DNA of 64,000 nucleotides from Blepharisma stoltei ATCC 30299 (lineage: Eukaryota; Protista; Ciliophora): the NCBI GenBank assembly GCA_965603825.1, contig CBFDEM010000027.1, positions 248,001 through 312,000 on the forward strand, written 5' to 3'. The notes beneath the pieces are model-generated. The model searched no databases and had not been told where the DNA came from. It saw only the letters and a program-made list of their open reading frames with translations. Position numbers and translations under genes: made by a program. This document shows positions 51,828 through 62,909 of this stretch, in pieces (within the stretch, counting starts at the first letter, position 1; every line of letters starts with the position of its first letter).

Positions 51828-52736
51828 TTAAAGAAAATACGGAACGACAGATCTAGGAGGGATGCTTTTAGCACTCTCCGGGACTTCTGTGAACATTTTA
51901 AAAGTGCTTGATAAATCCTCTGAAACCTCCAAAATAGCTGCTTGGTTAGCACATCTATAAAAATAGTTCGGAGCACTCCAAACTGTGACTAAATTCTGAA
52001 GAGGAAACCAAAACTTGTACCCTTCTTGCACGAGCTGGTGTGCTCTGCATATTAAATTGAGACCATTAATATGGTTAAATTCTTCAGTCACTTTTGATCC
52101 GAAAATCCATCCAGCGCCTCTTGGACTCATTGACCAAGTTTCAATATCTTCAGGATCACTCCACATAAGATCGCAAAATGCCCCTTCATGAGGAATTTCA
52201 ACTTTTCTTTCTATTACCCTAATTTGGTCAATCGTCTTTATTTCAGGCGACAATCCACCATGCACGCATAAAATTTTGTCTTCTACCACTGCTGATATAT
52301 TTAAGTAGTCAAAGACCTCTGTGCAGTACTTCCAGGGGTTTGCATTGCCGTATTTCCGAACGCATTCGTCATAAAAGCCATAAACTTGTGTAATTTGTCT
52401 GCTTTCGTGGTTGCCTCTGAGTAATGTGATGCTTTGTGGATAGTTGGCTTTTAGGGCCATGAGGAACTCAAATGTTTCTACTGAATTATAGCCACGATCG
52501 ACGTAGTCGCCCATAAAAATATAGTTTTTTTCAGGGATTGGGCCTCCTACTCTAAAAAGTTCGAGAAGGTCGTAAAATTGTCCATGGATATCTCCACAGA
52601 TTATCACAGGAGCTGAAACTGGCTGGACATTATTTTCTTCCATGAGTATTGACTTGACTTTCTCGCAGAGATTAAACAGATCGCTTTCAGCAAGACACTT
52701 ACCTTGCTTTAGTGTATTGAGCCACTCTTCTTCCAT
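51828..52736 (-). CDS. PPP6C: Ser/Thr protein phosphatase 6 (Sit4)-type catalytic subunit
   Basis: GDIHG, GDYVDRG, RGNHE, WSAPNY, C-terminal PYFL; PP4 not fully excluded. Confidence 0.88.
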   Translation of the reverse strand: MEEEWLNTLKQGKCLAESDLFNLCEKVKSILMEENNVQPVSAPVIICGDIHGQFYDLLELFRVGGPIPEKNYIFMGDYVDRGYNSVETFEFLMALKANYPQSITLLRGNHESRQITQVYGFYDECVRKYGNANPWKYCTEVFDYLNISAVVEDKILCVHGGLSPEIKTIDQIRVIERKVEIPHEGAFCDLMWSDPEDIETWSMSPRGAGWIFGSKVTEEFNHINGLNLICRAHQLVQEGYKFWFPLQNLVTVWSAPNYFYRCANQAAILEVSEDLSSTFKMFTEVPESAKSIPPRSVVPYFL

Positions 52737-53132
52737 AAATTGAATTAAGAATTGAGAAAATGGCTAATTTAGCTGAAATGTTAAAGATTGTTATTGTTAA
52801 GCTTAGGCTTGGGAGGGCAATATTAGAATAGCTGTGATTTTACTAAAAATTCATTGCTAATCACTTGAATTATCAATTCTACTGCGCTTTACAATATTTT
52901 ATGCATAAAGAATTGCTAGCTGCTAAATATTTGGGCACTTATATCAAATACTTTAAAAGTATTAATATTATAATTATTGAGTATCAATACATTTTTGTGT
53001 TAGAATTATTGAGAGGAACTTATGTCCATTTTTTTAAAGTGTTTTAAAATTGAACTCCTATCAATATTAGCATATAAAATTAGTATATCTGGGAAATAAG
53101 AGCAGTTAGATGGACTATTCAACCATGCCAGC

Positions 53133-53851
53133 TTATAGCTCTTTTTGCACATTTGCTTATAAAGTGATGGGGTATAAATAGAGGGCAAGGCCTATCTCAA
53201 AGACATAATTACTTAACTAAAGCGAGAAGAAAAATATTGAATTCTTAGTTGACTCAGGTTATAAATTTAAATCTATTAAGAGCCGACAATGAATATAAGC
53301 TTTATTGATCATAGCTCCCTGCTGCTTAAGAAGGCTAGACACTTTGCTACTTTTAAGATGAAGTCCATTGCCATCTTGATCTTTATGTTAGAAAAATCTT
53401 GCAAAAATAAATTTCGACCTGAGATTTTATTCAAAACTTTAGTAAGAGGCATTATTAATCCAATAGAAGCTCTATGCAAAATATCAGGTAGAGAATTAAC
53501 TTATAGTTTTAATAAGTCTGAGATAATTAATAGTCTTATCATTTTCATTTTAGTTTTAAACTGGAATTTTAACATATTTAGGTTGCCTAAATGTTAATAA
53601 AATGGAATCAACACAAGCCAAGATGTAAAAGTAGTAAAGTGTCTAGCCTTCTCAAGAAGAAGGGAACTATTATCAAGGAAGTTTATATTCACTTTTCTGC
53701 TCTTAATAGATTTAAATTTAATAATCTGAGTCAACTAAGAAACTTAGTATTTTCCTTTTCGCTTCATTAAATAGTTATATCTTGGAAATAGGCCTTGCCA
53801 TCTATTTCAGCTCCCTTCACTTTATAAGCAAATGCGCCAAAAAAGCTATAA
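53133..53851. repeat. Long imperfect inverted repeat (arms ~53133-53355 and ~53626-53851)
   Basis: Shared blocks GGCAAGGCCTAT, TTCTTAGTTGACTCAG, AAATTTAAATCTATTAAGAGC, AGAAGGCTAGACACTTT in inverted order. Confidence 0.92.
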
Positions 53852-54039
53852 TAGCAATTTTTTTACTCCTTAGAATAAGAAGATAAATACAAATTAACAA
53901 TAAAAACCCTAATATAGAAAGAAAAACTAACTCAAACTCTAATTTTATTTGCTATTGACTTTAAGGCAATATATATTAAAATATTAGAAAATTTTATATC
54001 ATCCATTAATTTTCTATACTCCAAATAGCTTTTGTAAGC

Positions 54040-54639
54040 TTATCTTTTGGAAATCATCATATTTCCATAATCCGCCAAGCTTCTTCTCTTGTCTGGAGAG
54101 TTGCTATACTCTCTTGATATACGAGGAGTGTATCCTAGAATAGGATTATTATAGATTATCAACGGATTTTGTTTTGTAAATTTAGGTTGCTTAAATATTG
54201 ATAAATTCAACTTATCATCATTACTATGCTTTAATCCAGGACTATGAGTAATATAAGAGGATAAAGAAGATGACTCATAATCTGTTGAAATTGACTGGCT
54301 TCTAGGATAAATTGGAGATTGAATATCATTTAGTTTCTTAGGAGAAGAAATTCTATTCGCAAAATTTTGAGTATTTTGTTTTTCGGAAATCAAGTAATCT
54401 AAATTTAAGGAAGTGCCATTCGTTGGAGAGCCTTGGGGAGGGCTATTATTTGAAGACCGTTGATATTTAGTTCTCAGTATGTTTTCTTCAATTGAAAACG
54501 AATTATTGGATTTTGGTATTTCTCCAATTATAGCATAATTGAGAGAATTTGTATTTTTTCTATGTCTAAATCTTTTCTTTCCAATGTTTACTTCTTCTGG
54601 ATTGAGATCTAATTGAGGATGTTTTACTTTGAAAATCAT
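54040..54639 (-). CDS. Hypothetical Ser/Pro-rich protein
   Basis: 199-aa ORF, ATG to TAA, PKFTK..P....NPILG motif. Confidence 0.72.
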   Translation of the reverse strand: MIFKVKHPQLDLNPEEVNIGKKRFRHRKNTNSLNYAIIGEIPKSNNSFSIEENILRTKYQRSSNNSPPQGSPTNGTSLNLDYLISEKQNTQNFANRISSPKKLNDIQSPIYPRSQSISTDYESSSLSSYITHSPGLKHSNDDKLNLSIFKQPKFTKQNPLIIYNNPILGYTPRISREYSNSPDKRRSLADYGNMMISKR

Positions 54640-54982
54640 TTCTTATTATTATCATCTTGCAAAAATATTTCTAGAAAGCAGCATTTGGCTTCACAATACA
54701 GTGCTTATTGCTAAATATAAATCTCCTCATCTGTATAAAATCTAGACTTATAAGGTATGCATTTGAATGCCTTTTTAAATTCAAAGGCTGCTTTAACTTT
54801 TGATTTAACTTTTAATATGAACTCTTTGAAATTTGCTTAAATTATGATAGCAATCATGCCTTAATCGATAGATAAAGAAATTATCTATTAAACAGGCTAA
54901 TTAATTATTCAATTTATTTTCGATGAAGAATTTCTAATAGGATGAAAGCTTTTGTAAGCTTTATAATAAAGAAGAATCTTTA

Positions 54983-55042
54983 TATATCCCGTTTCTGGCA
55001 AAGATCGGGCTAAGCCCGATCTATAGCCGGAAACGGGCTATA
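54983..55042. repeat. GC-rich imperfect hairpin (~28 bp stem, TAA loop)
   Basis: CCCGTTTCTGGCAAAGATCGGGC-taa-GCCCGATCTATAGCCGGAAACGGG. Confidence 0.9.
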
Positions 55043-55173
55043 AGCATTCTAAATAAATTATGATAAAATTTTATTAGATGACGTGAAATTAATAAAAGCA
55101 CTATTCAGATCCCTATTGCCAAAAATAGGGATTAACTGACAGATTAGATACTCTATTTTAAACTTATAAAAAT

Positions 55174-57633
55174 ATGAATACTAACTCTTATCAATCTGCT
55201 AATCCCTACAGCAACATCCCGAATCCTTTTCAATCAAACCCAACCTCTAATTATCAAAATCCTTCACAATTCCAAGCCACACCAAATCCATTTAGTACCT
55301 CAATGCCATCTTCTTACAGTGCTTATCAAGCTCAACCTCCTATAACAAGTTCTTCTCAAAGCAGGAGTTTTCCTTCATTCCAGCCAGCCTCTACACTTCA
55401 AAACAATCCAATGACAACACAATCCTCAATTTATGGACAAACTTCTACTCCTATGGGCTATTCCCAGGCTTTCCAAATGCAGGGGAGTTCCAATACAATG
55501 GGCCAAAACAGAGTTGGATTTAACTTGCCAGCTTCTAGCACCCCTCAAAACATTTATGGGACGGTAAATAATTCTATGAGTTTTGGTAATAATAATCAAT
55601 TTGGAAATTACCCGAAATATAAAGCAACGCAGATAAAGGAAGATCTAGTTGCAATTAACATAACAAATATAATTGGAATGCAAGAATACGGCCATAAGTC
55701 AGTAGAAGAGCTTAGATTTGAAGACAAAAAAAAGTATCCGAATGGTGTGCCGATGGGAGGAAGTAATCTAATGCAAACATCAGCTCTTAGAACGAGCAGT
55801 CCTTTTGGAGTCAATTCGACTCAAACATCGAATACTGCATCAGCTTATAATAAACCATTTGGCGCCTCAACATGACCCCCTCAGAGTTCATCTTTTGTTC
55901 CGTCCCAAATAGGAGCAACAGCTTCATCACAGCCTTTTCAGGTCTCAAATGGGCCTTTTTCAACTGGGCATACTCCTTTTCAGAGCTCACAGCCCTTTTC
56001 TCAAGGAATGACATCACCATTTCAAACATCCCAGCAGCAGAATTTTCAAACATTCCAGCCTGCAAATACCTTAGGTGCAATGCCTTTTCAAATGTCTCAG
56101 GCTCCTTTTCAATCATCCCAGTCCTTTCAGGTAAAACCAAACTTTCCACCTGCTTCGACCACACCAACCCAATCTTTTTCATCAAATCCTCAGCAATTTC
56201 AAACTTCTCCATTTTTTCAATCTCAGCCTCTACAAAATAATTCTTTAATTCAGCCATGGCCAGCAACTGTATCTCAACCATTTCAACCCAATCCTACATA
56301 TTCGGCTCCACAAACTACTACTTCGAACCAATTTGCTGCATTAGCTCAGCCTTTTCAGAATTTCCAGCCTGCTCTTCAAGCTTTTCAAAATACTTTTCAG
56401 CCAAAACCTTTAATTGCTCCTAATAGCCAAAGCCTGCTTTCTGCTAATTCAAGCTCAATGCCGATGAGCTCAGCTTTTCAATTAAATGCAAACACTTCCC
56501 TAATACCTCCACCAGTACTGCCTTCATCAAATTTTTTATTGCCAAACCAAACTTTAAGCTCTACATCTTTTAATCCAGTTACTCCATTATTATCAAGCCC
56601 CACCCAGCCTGGCTCTCTTTTCCAAACCTCAAATCAGCCTACCTTTACACCTGCCCAAATTACTGCGCAATCACTATTTGGAGGATATTCTCCAACAAAT
56701 AGGAAAACTGAGACTATTTCCTCACAAATTGAGCGCATTGCGTCTCCAAAATTTGAAAATAAATCAATAAGAAGATTTGAGAGGAAGATTGGGAACTCAG
56801 GATGGGATGATTGAAGATTAAACCAAACCCCAAAATCTCCTGATATTTCCTGCTTGATAAAAAGACCTAGTTTTGCAAACTTAAAGTTAGAGCCATATAA
56901 AGAAGAAGATGTTTCCAAACTAGACCCGGCTCCTTCACCAGTAAACAGAGGCCGATCATTTGAAATAGAAGCAGTCTTGCATAATCCTAATCCAACTCAC
57001 ATTAAAATTCCGACACATAAGAATATGCTGATTAACGACATCAAGACTTATATTTTAAGACAGATTAAAATCCCACAAAACTCAATAGTGCAGCTTGTCT
57101 TTAAGTCGACCGTTGCACAAGAAGATGATACGATAGGATCTTTAGGAGTTTCCCATGGGGATATTATAAATATTGTAATAGCTGAGGAAGGGCCAAGCAA
57201 GTCTGAAATGGTTTCAAAAGAGATGCTTCCGAAGCTGACTAATGAAGAATACACTATTTCTCCATCTATGATAGAACTCGCAAGAATGACAAAAGATGAA
57301 ATCACTAGAGTAAAAGATTTTACAATAGAAAATTCGTATGGAAAAATTATTTTTGAGGGTGAAACCAATCTGATAGGAGTTGATCTTGACCAAATTATCA
57401 AAATTGGATATCGCGAAGCAATAATTTATCCTGATGACTCTGAAAATCAAAAGCCGAAAGTAGGGGAAGAACTAAATAAATCTGCAACAATCATGCTTTA
57501 CAAATGTGCTCCAGATCGCGAATCTGAAGAGAAATTTGTAGAGAAGCTGAAGAAATCTTGCTTGAGAAACCGAACTCAATATATTGGTTGGGATAAAGAA
57601 ACTCAAATATACACATTCAAAATTAACGGTTAA
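55174..57633 (+). CDS. NUP98: Nup98/Nup145N-like nucleoporin
   Basis: GLEBS-like I.GMQEYGHKSVEELRFED; C-terminal domain PKLTNEEYTISPS..YGKIIF..IYPDD..KPKVGEELN; TGA at 55873 and 56812. Confidence 0.85.
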
Positions 57634-57796
57634 ATAATATGTTTCATTAATTCTTTTCTTTTAATAATACATTTCTTTATATCATTAAATATTAATTGCC
57701 AAATTTGTTGTATAATAAAATTAAATAAATACAAAATTGATTATTTCATTTAAATTGCGCATCTGCAAGCATTCATATTTGAAAATTCAATCACAT

Positions 57797-59152
57797 TTAA
57801 TTTGGAATATCAAGAAAAACAATTACACATGTAATGTCATCAATCACTTCTTCTTCCTACATAAATCTTACTGTTGTCCAGCGATTATTTGCTTCCTTAG
57901 CAAGTGCATCGCAAGCGCCTTGAACATCTCTTGTCTTTCAATAAGGCACAACTATTTTTACTACTTCTTCATTGCTCAAGAACTCAAAAATGCCATCGCT
58001 TCCAATGACTAAAAATTTATCATCAGGAGTTAAAGAAAACTCCAAAATTTCTGGATCGCAAATAACGCCAACTGAGCTGGCAACTCCGTCTCCTATAGAG
58101 CGCGACATTGCAAGACCAGGAATATCTTGATGTTTAAGCCATACTCTGGCTGGCCCCAATGGGTTTCCTTGCTCGTCTTGATAAGCTTCAATTCTACCTC
58201 CACAATGCAAAATTCTGACCGATTCGTCTTGATCATCAGGCTTATGGTCTCTTGAGAGTGCTATAGACATCCAATGCTTTCCAGACTGCTTGACAGGGAT
58301 ATTTTGCTGAGACAGAAATGCATCTGACAGTTGTCTTCCTAAAAGGGCTCGGGAATCCCCTGTATTTGCACATCATAGCTTTTTCCCACGGATTAAAACC
58401 GAAACCATTGTAGAGCCACTAAAGCTAATATCAAATTCTTGGTGGTTTAGCTCAGAATTCACTTTAATCACTGATGAAATCAATGCTCTTCGTGGATTTC
58501 CTAATAGATTTGGATCTTGGCTAAGAATTGTAGGGAACCGTTGCTTAATATACCCTGAAACTTCTCCACCATAAAGTCCATGCCCATCACAGACTGAAAA
58601 GAAATAGCATTCGGCACTCATTCCAAAATTAACACAGGTAATAAAATTATCTTGATTCTGCTTTTGAGGATTCCCTGGGATAAAGCCTTTTTGAGATCTA
58701 TGGGCAAATGAAGAAACAACCATAATTTCTTTTGGCCTTTCCAGTGAAAATTTCCTTTTGTGAGTCATTTCAGGGTCTATATTTCTATTTCCTCCATGAG
58801 TTTCTGGTCTCTCTGCAAGAGAAGTCGTTCTTCTATGCTTGGGAGCTGAATGGGGAGGAGGAGATTTTCTAGGACTGGATCTGCCAGCTACTTTTGCAGG
58901 AAAAGCATCTTTAGAGCTTTTTAAGGAACTTTTAACAAAGTTTTCTTTTACAGCTTTTTCAAACCGATCGGAAAAACCTGGTCCAGCTCCTCCGTATGAG
59001 TTAAAAGGTCTGTGATGAGGCCTTGACGAATTTTTTGAATTTGTTCTACGAGGTGGAGGTTCATCGCTACTCTTGATTAAGCCTTTGGTTCTGGGAGTTG
59101 AGGGTTTAGAATTGGATTTTCTCTTCCCTGCAAGATTTAACTTTTGATCCAT
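57797..59152 (-). CDS. PP2C (PPM) phosphatase (2 exons)
   Basis: NQD, VCDGHG, SGST, ANTGDSRA, LSRDHKP, GLAMSRSIGD, SDG, IDDIT; intron 57857-57871. Confidence 0.94.
57857..57871 (-). other. 15-nt intron GTAAGATTTATGTAG
   Basis: Removes TAG before EEEVIDDIT. Confidence 0.92.
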
Positions 59153-59547
59153 AAAATATACAATTTTAATTCAAATTTTTCATTACGAAATTGAAAATTA
59201 ACGACGTTTATATTATTTAAAAAACTCTAAACTAAGGGATTTTATATTACTTTTTTCCACTATCAAAAAATGATTATAAAGAACTTATTTTTAGGATAAA
59301 AAGCTCCTTTAAATGCAGTTTCTGAATATATGCTAATATTCTTTTGAATTTGATATTATTTAAGATATTAAAAATAATCCCTTTTTGTAACTAGATCTGA
59401 ATTATATAATAAGTTTCATTCTCAATAAAATACTGACATATAGATTTAAATGCTAAATTTGGATTATTTCTATCCCTTATTAATAAAAAAGTTCTTCCCT
59501 ATAATATCAAATTCAAACACATTGGCCATTGATTATCTAGTTTAAAA

Positions 59548-60588
59548 TTAAGAATCATCATCCATAGGAGGCGCGGATGGGAAATAGTTAAACGCCGCAT
59601 CAATTGTGAGACGAGCTTGCGGCATTTCAGTTGGAGTCCAGTCAACTGGAGCTTCCAATATTTGAGGACTCATTTCCATTGGATGTATTAAAGTCCAAAC
59701 TTCAAAGCTTGGGTCGTTTATAGACCCCAGTACAGCTCTAATTTGGAACGAATAAGCACATTCTATTTTATTGCCTTTGGTTGAGCAAATGTCTTCGATA
59801 TTTTCTTTCAAATCTGTAAATGGGACTTCAACTTTTATAGCATTTTGGCTCAGCAACCCAGTTGAAGGTGGTACGCTTCCAGTTTTAAAGGTTTTTAGAG
59901 CGTCTCTGACATAGAATACATTGTCTTTATTACTTCTAAGTCTTAAAGTCCTCCATAAAGTGACCTCAATTGTCTTAATCGGCACATGACACATGGAGTT
60001 GTCTGCTTCGATGATAATATTAGCTCTCTCTGTAGGCAGATATGCATTTTTATCCAAATGCGCTTTAATACTGGTTGTGCCTTTATTTAAGCACTTACAA
60101 GTTACGATCTGAGCAGATTTTTCTAATGAAACTGAATATCTTTCTTCTGTGATGACTTGCTTTACAGTAAATGGCGCTGATTTCTTGTAGCATTTATCAT
60201 TGCTTGGAGCGATTTCAGCTTTTACCTTGTACATAATCTCAGCTGAGTAGCTTTTCCTCTTAACTTTGAAAGACCCTGGAAGATTCTCAGGTAGCATGAA
60301 AGCGAATGGAAAAGTATATTGCCCAGGAACAATGGAAACTGTATCGAAATTAAATAGAGGAATTTTCACCCCCATATTATAGTGTCTCGCTTTAGTTCCT
60401 CGGTTCGCGTCGCTCGGCCTTTTCTTTCAATCGCATTTTTCAACGCCCTTAACTTTGAGTCAGACTGTGTTGGACTCAATAGTTTCTTTTACAGCAAGAT
60501 AGACCTTACCAGACACTTCGCCTCCTGCATTAAAAGATGTCCCATCCAGCTGAATAGCAAGTTCGCATTTATCACTAGATGCGCCCAT
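59548..60588 (-). CDS. Alpha-arrestin-domain protein
   Basis: MGASS; GGEVSGKVYL, KVKGVE, GQYTFPFAFMLPENLPGSF, IMYKVKA; C-terminal PSAP. Confidence 0.88.
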
Positions 60589-60797
60589 ATTATTTTATTT
60601 CAACAATACTTGGCCTCCTCTCAATCAGAAAGAATTTATTGAATACTAATCAAAGGGAAATTTAATTTCACCTATATAAAGCTATTATTTTAAGTTAATA
60701 ATTAATTTAATGTGGCTCTCCTGTTGATCTAATTCAGACAGATAGAATATGACAAACTTAATAATATTTCGGATAACGAATAATATTAAATTGGGTG

Positions 60798-61643
60798 ATG
60801 ACAAGTCTTCAAAAATACCTGATTCAAAAGGACCAAGCTCAAAAAGAGTATGAAGAGCCCAAGGTTGGAAGATATTCATTACCAGCTAAATCGCAAGTTG
60901 ATCGTTCATTAGGCCTTGAACAATTTTTCCCTAACGAATCTGATGAAAATTTAGCGCTATTTGCTTCAATGTTCTTCAGCAAGGAAGAAATGGATCAAGC
61001 AGTTGAAAATATTTTGAAAACAGGCTCATCAATCCAAAATTACATAAAAGACTGAAATTTAGTGCAAGGACGCAAAAGAAAACCAAAGCAAAACCAAAGC
61101 CAGCAGCAAGGCGCACAAGGTAGGCCATCTCAAGAAAAGAAAAAGTACAAAAAGAAAGAAATGCAGCCTGAGAGAGCCCAAAGCCAATCTAAAGTGTCCT
61201 CTAAGCCAAGCTCTAAGCCAAGCTCAAAGCCAATTAGCCAGACAGCATCCTACGCATCATCTCAGGCTTCACACTCAAGAAATGAAAGTACAACTCAGCA
61301 GAGCATTGAAATAGAAGCACCTAAAATCATCCAGGAGACGGAGAAAGCGCCTGAGCAAATAGAGATAAAAGTGGACCTATTGAAAGATGAAAATCCTCAA
61401 TTTTCTGTCATTGATGAAGAGCAGACTGAAAAGTTCATTGGCAGACAATTTTCTCATAAGTCTGAAGAAAGCGAGGCTTCAAAGAAAAAAGATACAGCGG
61501 ATTTTCAAGGACAAGCAGGGATTGAGACAAAAGAAGTAGGTGTTCAGGTGAGTCAGGAGTCTGGGATTCCAGTTATGATTGTTCCTTTGCAAGACAGAGA
61601 CTTCTTCAGGATTGAGAACTTGATCTATCCAAAAGGCTACTAA
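60798..61643 (+). CDS. Hypothetical protein with UBA/CUE-like N-terminal region and low-complexity tail
   Basis: LEQFFPN..MDQAVENIL..DW(TGA)NLVQGRKRK. Confidence 0.7.
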
Positions 61644-61658
61644 TTAATTTTATTTAAA

Positions 61659-62441
61659 ATGGTAACCTTGACTCTCGGAAAGCGATGGGAGGAGAAAATG
61701 AACGAAATCGCGAATTTAAAAGTAGCCAAGCATGAGTTAAAAGAAGAAATCAACGAGCTTAGAACAGAACTAGAAAACTGCAAGAAAAGAGCTGAAGACG
61801 CTGAATTTTCTAATCAAGAAACCCAGATCCTCTACAAGACTGTATGCGAAGAACTCGCATCTTATAAAAAAGACAACTCTGATAAAACCAAAAACATTTT
61901 AAAATACCAGCAGGACACTACGAACCAAAGCATCGCCATTGAGCAGCTCAGATCGAGCCTATCTTCCCTACAGCTCAAATTAGATGAAATTTCAAATTCT
62001 AATACCCTCAAAGACAAATTAATTTCGGACCTTAAAGAAGAAATCCAAATTGGCGATAGAGTTAGAGCTAAATTAGAACAAGAAAGAGACCACTGGCAAG
62101 AAGAGCACGAAAAGAAGTGCCGAGAAGTTGAGCTTATCACAAAATCGCGGGATCATTGTGAAAAACATATTGCTATATTAGTAAAAGACAAAGATAGACT
62201 ATTAAGCAGAAGGGAAGAGCCTTCTACAGTTTTATCACAAAAACATGCATATTATGATTATGTGGAGTCCCAACAGCTCCCTGAGCCTAAGCCAAATAAT
62301 TCTTGGGGCAATGTCGAAAATCTTCGGCTGAAGAACTTGCTTGACGAAGAAAAAAAGCTCAACAAAGAAAAGGAGCAGCAAATAGAAAAACTGCAGAAGG
62401 AAAACTGGAATCTTATAAATCGGTTAAGAAATAAGAAATAA
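61659..62441 (+). CDS. Coiled-coil protein (260 aa)
   Basis: Heptad-rich ORF, ATG to TAA. Confidence 0.78.
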   Translation: MVTLTLGKRWEEKMNEIANLKVAKHELKEEINELRTELENCKKRAEDAEFSNQETQILYKTVCEELASYKKDNSDKTKNILKYQQDTTNQSIAIEQLRSSLSSLQLKLDEISNSNTLKDKLISDLKEEIQIGDRVRAKLEQERDHWQEEHEKKCREVELITKSRDHCEKHIAILVKDKDRLLSRREEPSTVLSQKHAYYDYVESQQLPEPKPNNSWGNVENLRLKNLLDEEKKLNKEKEQQIEKLQKENWNLINRLRNKK

Positions 62442-62447
62442 TTTAAG

Positions 62448-62888
62448 ATGGACAGATCTGAGTCAACAGAAGCACTTTTCCAAGTCTTGGGGTCTCAAAA
62501 GCAAAGAATGAAGTCTTATGAGCAGTCAATCAGAGACTCGAACAAATCAATTGAAAACTATGTAATTGAACAAGTAAAGCACAAGCGAGAAATCCAAGAA
62601 TCAGTTGCAAGAAATCCTTTTAAGTTGCATGGAGAAGCTGGTGAAACAGTCTCCAGAATCTTAAACCTTCTAGACTGATGGAAAACCAATCAGCAAGAAG
62701 AGCAGAAAGAGCTTCTATCTGATGTCGAAATAAATTTGCAAGAAGCTGACGAAATCCTGAACAAACTAAAAGACGAAGTCAACTCCAGGAAAATTTATGG
62801 AGGTTCTAAAGTGCCTTCCAGAATAAAAAATAAGCTGAAAGAGATGAATCAGAAAGCTAGACAAAAAAGCGTCAATAAAATTCCATAA
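62448..62888 (+). CDS. Small coiled-coil protein (146 aa)
   Basis: Extends through TGA 62676 to TAA 62886-62888. Confidence 0.75.
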
Positions 62889-62909
62889 TTGTAAGAGTTT
62901 ATAATAATT

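Noticed and set aside
53289-53597. 102-aa ORF as a confident gene
   Set aside because: No motif, begins within the inverted-repeat arm, and the counterpart has GTG; unresolved
1547-60588. Apparent enrichment of endomembrane/phosphoinositide genes as a cluster
   Set aside because: Scattered over 60 kb among unrelated genes; these families are large in ciliates
61197-61232. TCTAAGCCAAGC tandem repeat
   Set aside because: Short coding repeat (SSKP) in a low-complexity region
61636-61660. Intron joining 60798-61643 to 61659-62441
   Set aside because: No GT...AG pair of suitable size around the stop
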